Shown here piece by piece: positions 46,111 through 49,272 of a stretch of DNA of 49,272 nucleotides (position 1 is its first letter; every line of letters begins with the position of its first letter). Below the pieces are notes generated by a model. It did not search any database. It worked only from the letters and a program-made list of their open reading frames with translations, and was not told the DNA's origin. The stretch is taken from the sequence record OR295560.1; one strand, written 5' to 3'. A program made the position numbers and the translations under genes. The stretch is from Clostridioides phage phiCD508.

Positions 46111-46749
46111 ATGACAACAAAGTTAACTGATAATGCTAGTTTAGAGGAACTTATGACTACATTAGAAAATGTACAAGCTGATTTTCAAACTGGTAAAAAT
46201 AATATATCTAGTGCATTGGGTAGTCCTTTTATTGGAACAGATAAATTTGGTACAACTAAAACAAAAATAGAAACATTAAAAAATGTATTAGTGGAGACAA
46301 TTAATTCTAAAAATGTTTCAGCAACATCATCTGAAACATTTACTAATTTGATTGAAAAAGTTAACTGGGTTTTTCAATCAATAGAAATTTTTTCTTTAAA
46401 AAATAGAATTCAGGCTACAATTGTAAACACTCCTAGCATCGTTTACAATGAAGTATCTAGTATAAAAGGTACATTAAGATTCACAGGCGAACTTCAATCG
46501 TCTAAAATGCGTGCTGATTATGCAACAGCAAAAATAGAGATACTATGTGGAAACCGAAAAGAATACTTTTATGTTACTGACAATACTCCTGGTGCATCTT
46601 CTTCTCTTGTAAGATTTACAAAAGATATTATTGTTGAGAAGGGCATGGATATAAAAGTACAAATATTATTAACATCTGTAGGAGCAGGAAATTTAGATGG
46701 TTCATATGCAGCTCGTGCAGAAATAGAAGAATTAAAAATATTAAGGTAG
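46111..46749 (+). CDS. Tail-fibre associated/hypothetical protein
   Basis: 212 aa. Confidence 0.35.
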   Translation: MTTKLTDNASLEELMTTLENVQADFQTGKNNISSALGSPFIGTDKFGTTKTKIETLKNVLVETINSKNVSATSSETFTNLIEKVNWVFQSIEIFSLKNRIQATIVNTPSIVYNEVSSIKGTLRFTGELQSSKMRADYATAKIEILCGNRKEYFYVTDNTPGASSSLVRFTKDIIVEKGMDIKVQILLTSVGAGNLDGSYAARAEIEELKILR

Positions 46750-46758
46750 GAATAAATT

Positions 46759-46971
46759 ATGAAAAAACAAGTATATTATAATTCTTTAGATGAAAAAGAA
46801 AAAATAATTGATGAAAACTCTAATTTATATATTATAGAAATATATGAAACTTTAAATGAAAATTATTTAGTATTATCAAGTAGTCCAGCAGAAGACAAAG
46901 AACTTAGTTATGAAGAATTAGAAAATGAATTATTAATTATAACTAATGAATTACAGGGAGGATTGTTGTAA
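46759..46971 (+). CDS. Small acidic hypothetical protein
   Basis: 70 aa. Confidence 0.3.
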   Translation: MKKQVYYNSLDEKEKIIDENSNLYIIEIYETLNENYLVLSSSPAEDKELSYEELENELLIITNELQGGLL

Positions 46972-47153
46972 TGAATATAAACAATGTTGTAGTAAGAATA
47001 TTAGCAGAGAGAATATTAAATAAAGGGTTAAATCCTTTAAAAAATCGAGAATTTGAGTTAGATGATGTAACTAACACAGACTATAGGACAGCAGTAGAGG
47101 ATTATATAATTAAACAGAGTGGAGTAGTAGAAGGAGCAGAACCAACAAAGTAG
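46971..47153 (+). CDS. XkdX-like small protein
   Basis: 60 aa, the position typical of xkdX/xhlA-region genes before the lysis genes. Confidence 0.3.
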   Translation: MNINNVVVRILAERILNKGLNPLKNREFELDDVTNTDYRTAVEDYIIKQSGVVEGAEPTK

Positions 47154-47252
47154 GTTCTTTTTTTATATAAATTAAAAATAATTTCCTTTTTTAGTTATAT
47201 ATTTTTTATTCTTATCTATAATAAAAAAATTCTATTAAAAGGAGATTGAAAA

Positions 47253-47471
47253 ATGAAGAAAATAATTGTAATTTGCATTCTAGTTCTAATGTTAATTATA
47301 CCTACTATGGGGGAGATATTTATAATGGTAGAAAATATAAAGCTAGAGGGGCTAGAACAAAACCCAACAAGTTGTTACATTTCTAATCCAGGGATTATGG
47401 GAGAAGCAAAATGTGATGCAGCATACTTTATTATAGCTGCAGATTTCGTTAACAATTTAAAGGTAAAATAA
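47253..47471 (+). CDS. Small secreted/membrane protein (signal peptide, 2 Cys)
   Basis: MKKIIVICILVLMLIIPTMG...; own AT-rich promoter region and a downstream terminator. Confidence 0.35.
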   Translation: MKKIIVICILVLMLIIPTMGEIFIMVENIKLEGLEQNPTSCYISNPGIMGEAKCDAAYFIIAADFVNNLKVK

Positions 47472-47489
47472 TAAATTAATACATTTAAA

Positions 47490-47516
47490 GGACTTAGATA
47501 ATTCTAGGTCCTTTTT
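47490..47516 (+). terminator. Rho-independent terminator (near-identical copy of 22506-22535)
   Basis: ggacttag-ataatt-ctaggtcc followed by ttttt. Confidence 0.6.
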
Positions 47517-47538
47517 AATACAAAAATTAGGAGGAAAT

Positions 47539-47970
47539 ATGAATTTAACAATAGTTTTTTTAGCAACAAATATATTTATAAAATTAGTAATATTAGCAAT
47601 AGCATTTGATACACTGTTAGGTTGCTTAAGAGCAATAAAAACACATCAGTTTAACTCAAGTTTTGGAATAAATGGTGGAATAAGAAAAGTCGCAATGATA
47701 GCATGTATATTTTTTCTAGCAGTAGTTGACATTCTTACAAAGTTTAACTTTTTATTTATGTTACCACAAGATTGGGTTGATTTCTTACGACTAAATCATC
47801 TTGGAATATCTGAATTTTTCTCTATTTTATTTATTCTATATGAAAGTGTAAGTATATTAAAAAACATGTATTTGTGTGGGTTACCAGTGCCTAAAAAATT
47901 AAAAGATAGAATAGGTAACTTATTAGATACTATGACAGATGAATTAAATGTTAAAGGAGGTAGTAAATAA
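47539..47970 (+). CDS. Holin (multi-TM, TcdE/phage holin-like)
   Basis: 143 aa with 3-4 TM segments, directly upstream of and overlapping the endolysin start. Confidence 0.6.
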   Translation: MNLTIVFLATNIFIKLVILAIAFDTLLGCLRAIKTHQFNSSFGINGGIRKVAMIACIFFLAVVDILTKFNFLFMLPQDWVDFLRLNHLGISEFFSILFILYESVSILKNMYLCGLPVPKKLKDRIGNLLDTMTDELNVKGGSK

Positions 47971-48809
47971 TGAAAATATGTATAACAGTAGGACACAGTA
48001 TTTTAAAAAGCGGAGCATGTACTTCTGCTGATGGAGTAGTTAACGAGTATCAATACAATAAATCTCTTGCCCCAGTGTTAGCAGATAGATTTAAAAAAGA
48101 AGGTCATAAGGCAGATGTAATAATATGCCCAGAAAAGCAGTTCAAAACTAAGGACGAGGAAAAGACTTATAAAATACCTAGAGTTAATAGTGGAGGATAT
48201 GACTTACTTATAGAGTTGCATTTAAATTCAAGTGGTGTAGGAGCTTTTGGAACAGAATTATTTTACTATAGTGAAAAAGGGAAGGAATATGCGCAGAGGG
48301 TGGTAGATAAACTGTCTAAACCTTTCATAAGAAAAAAAGGAGATAAAGAAGTAGGTAATAGAGGTGCTAAATTAGATAAAAGTTTATATATTTTAAATAG
48401 TTCTAAACCTACTGCAATACTAATTGAAAGTTTCTTCTGTGATAATAAAGAAGATTATGAGAAAGCTAAGAAACTAGGTCATGAAGGTATTGCTAAGTTA
48501 ATTGTAGAAGGTGTATTAAATAAAAATATAAATAATGAGGGAGTTAAACAGATGTACAAACATACAATTGTTTATGATGGAGAAGTTGATAAGATACTTG
48601 CGAATGTGCTTAGTTGGGGCTATAGTCCAAGCAAAGTTTTAGTTTGTGATATAAAAGATTACGTACCAGGTCAGACGGAAAATTTATATGTTGTAGGAGG
48701 TGGCGCATGTGAAAAGATAAGTTCTATTACTAAAGAAAAATTTATTATGATAAAAGGTAATGATAGATTTGATACACTTTATAAAGCATTGGATTTTATT
48801 AATAGATAG
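47970..48809 (+). CDS. Endolysin, N-acetylmuramoyl-L-alanine amidase (Amidase_3) with a C-terminal binding domain
   Basis: MKICITVGHSILKSGACTSADGVVNEYQYNKSLAPVLA...GGYDLLIELHLNSS; the N-terminus closely resembles the C. difficile phage endolysin CD27L as I recall it. Confidence 0.9.
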   Translation: MKICITVGHSILKSGACTSADGVVNEYQYNKSLAPVLADRFKKEGHKADVIICPEKQFKTKDEEKTYKIPRVNSGGYDLLIELHLNSSGVGAFGTELFYYSEKGKEYAQRVVDKLSKPFIRKKGDKEVGNRGAKLDKSLYILNSSKPTAILIESFFCDNKEDYEKAKKLGHEGIAKLIVEGVLNKNINNEGVKQMYKHTIVYDGEVDKILANVLSWGYSPSKVLVCDIKDYVPGQTENLYVVGGGACEKISSITKEKFIMIKGNDRFDTLYKALDFINR

Positions 48810-48883
48810 ATAAAAGTTATCAACTAGAAGTGGTTGTTTGTTGTGATAACTCTATTATTGTAATATAATGTAAATATATTATT

Positions 48884-49252
48884 GTGATAATGGAGGATTT
48901 ATGTATGGATGCATTGGTTTATGAGAGATTTGTAAGAGCAGCTTTTAGTATTAAACTTAATAACTTGATTAATAGAAGCGAAGATTTAGGTGGATTGGCT
49001 GAAGCTGATATCTTTAGAGCAGCAAATAATTTACATGAATTAAATGAGATAAAAATAGGTACTGGGTATGCTATTGCAATATTTAATAATGAGATATTAG
49101 AGTCTTGTAATGTTTCTGATAATGATAGCAATAGAATGATTGAACTATTTGATAGAAGTTTAATTGCAACTTCTAGGGAGGAAATATTGGATATTATAAG
49201 AGAATATGAAACTTATAGAGGACGATATCTTACTTTTAATTGGAAGAGATAG
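48884..49252 (+). CDS. Hypothetical protein whose 3' end lies in the terminal repeat
   Basis: 122 aa; the last 11 codons and the stop are inside 49218-49272. Confidence 0.4.
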   Translation: MIMEDLCMDALVYERFVRAAFSIKLNNLINRSEDLGGLAEADIFRAANNLHELNEIKIGTGYAIAIFNNEILESCNVSDNDSNRMIELFDRSLIATSREEILDIIREYETYRGRYLTFNWKR

Positions 49253-49272
49253 AATGTTTAAGTTAGGAAGTA
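49218..49272. repeat. Terminal direct repeat, copy 2 (identical to 1-55)
   Basis: Exact 55-nt identity with the window start. It overlaps the last 11 codons and the stop of the 48884..49252 ORF. Confidence 0.9.

Noticed and set aside
48884-49272. Interpreting ORF 48884..49252 as a host gene disrupted by prophage insertion
   Set aside because: Its 5' two-thirds are unique to the element, and the window ends exactly at the repeat. It is more consistent with a phage gene spanning an arbitrary linearisation point, or a phage-supplied replacement 3' end. It cannot be resolved without flanking sequence.

Overview
This window looks like one complete temperate, contractile-tailed phage genome from a low-GC Firmicute (about 28% GC overall). 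The tail cassette follows the PBSX xkdK-xkdU order, and the endolysin closely resembles the Clostridioides difficile phage amidase CD27L as I remember it, so a phiCD119/phiC2/phiCD27-like C. difficile myovirus is the most likely source. Bases 1-55 are identical to 49218-49272. The unit length is therefore 49,217 bp; the ends are either an assembler overlap of a circular contig (55 is a standard k-mer size) or attL/attR. The genome reads in modules. (1) 0.2-7.1 kb is an accessory/lysogeny block. It holds a small 3-TM protein, an ImmA/IrrE Zn-peptidase co-transcribed with a protein whose N-terminal domain resembles a class III nucleotidyl cyclase and whose C-terminal domain is a degenerate Nudix fold, a 1.8-kb gene-poor stretch with a type-I-toxin-like small ORF locked between inverted repeats, two tandem BlaI/MecI-family regulators, an attP-like region and a tyrosine integrase. 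(2) 7.5-11 kb carries two divergent XRE-repressor/Cro-like switches with recognisable promoters and operators, plus an antirepressor. (3) 11.5-22 kb is early/replication: Gp157-like protein, ERF annealase, a DnaD-like initiator with internal iterons, SSB, a YopX-like protein, a C5 cytosine methyltransferase bracketed by about 64-bp direct repeats, RusA, an AntA antirepressor and an ArpU/RinA-like late activator. (4) 22.1-22.6 kb is a structured non-coding region with C-rich tracts, a tRNA-like T-arm minihelix, a terminator and a palindrome cluster. (5) 22.7-31 kb is packaging/head: Bro-N protein, TerS, TerL, portal, Mu-F/SPP1 gp7-like protein, scaffold, decoration protein and major capsid. (6) 31-47 kb is a PBSX-like tail: sheath, tube, a chaperone with a -1 frameshift site, a 1424-aa tape measure, an embedded membrane-protein moron, a LysM protein, XkdQ/R/S/T/U-like proteins and a tail fibre. 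(7) 47.2-48.8 kb holds a small secreted protein, the holin and an Amidase_3 endolysin. The best candidate for an undescribed system is the peptidase - cyclase/Nudix - 3-TM-protein cluster at 0.2-2.9 kb. All family assignments come from motif recognition by eye and need HMM or BLAST confirmation.
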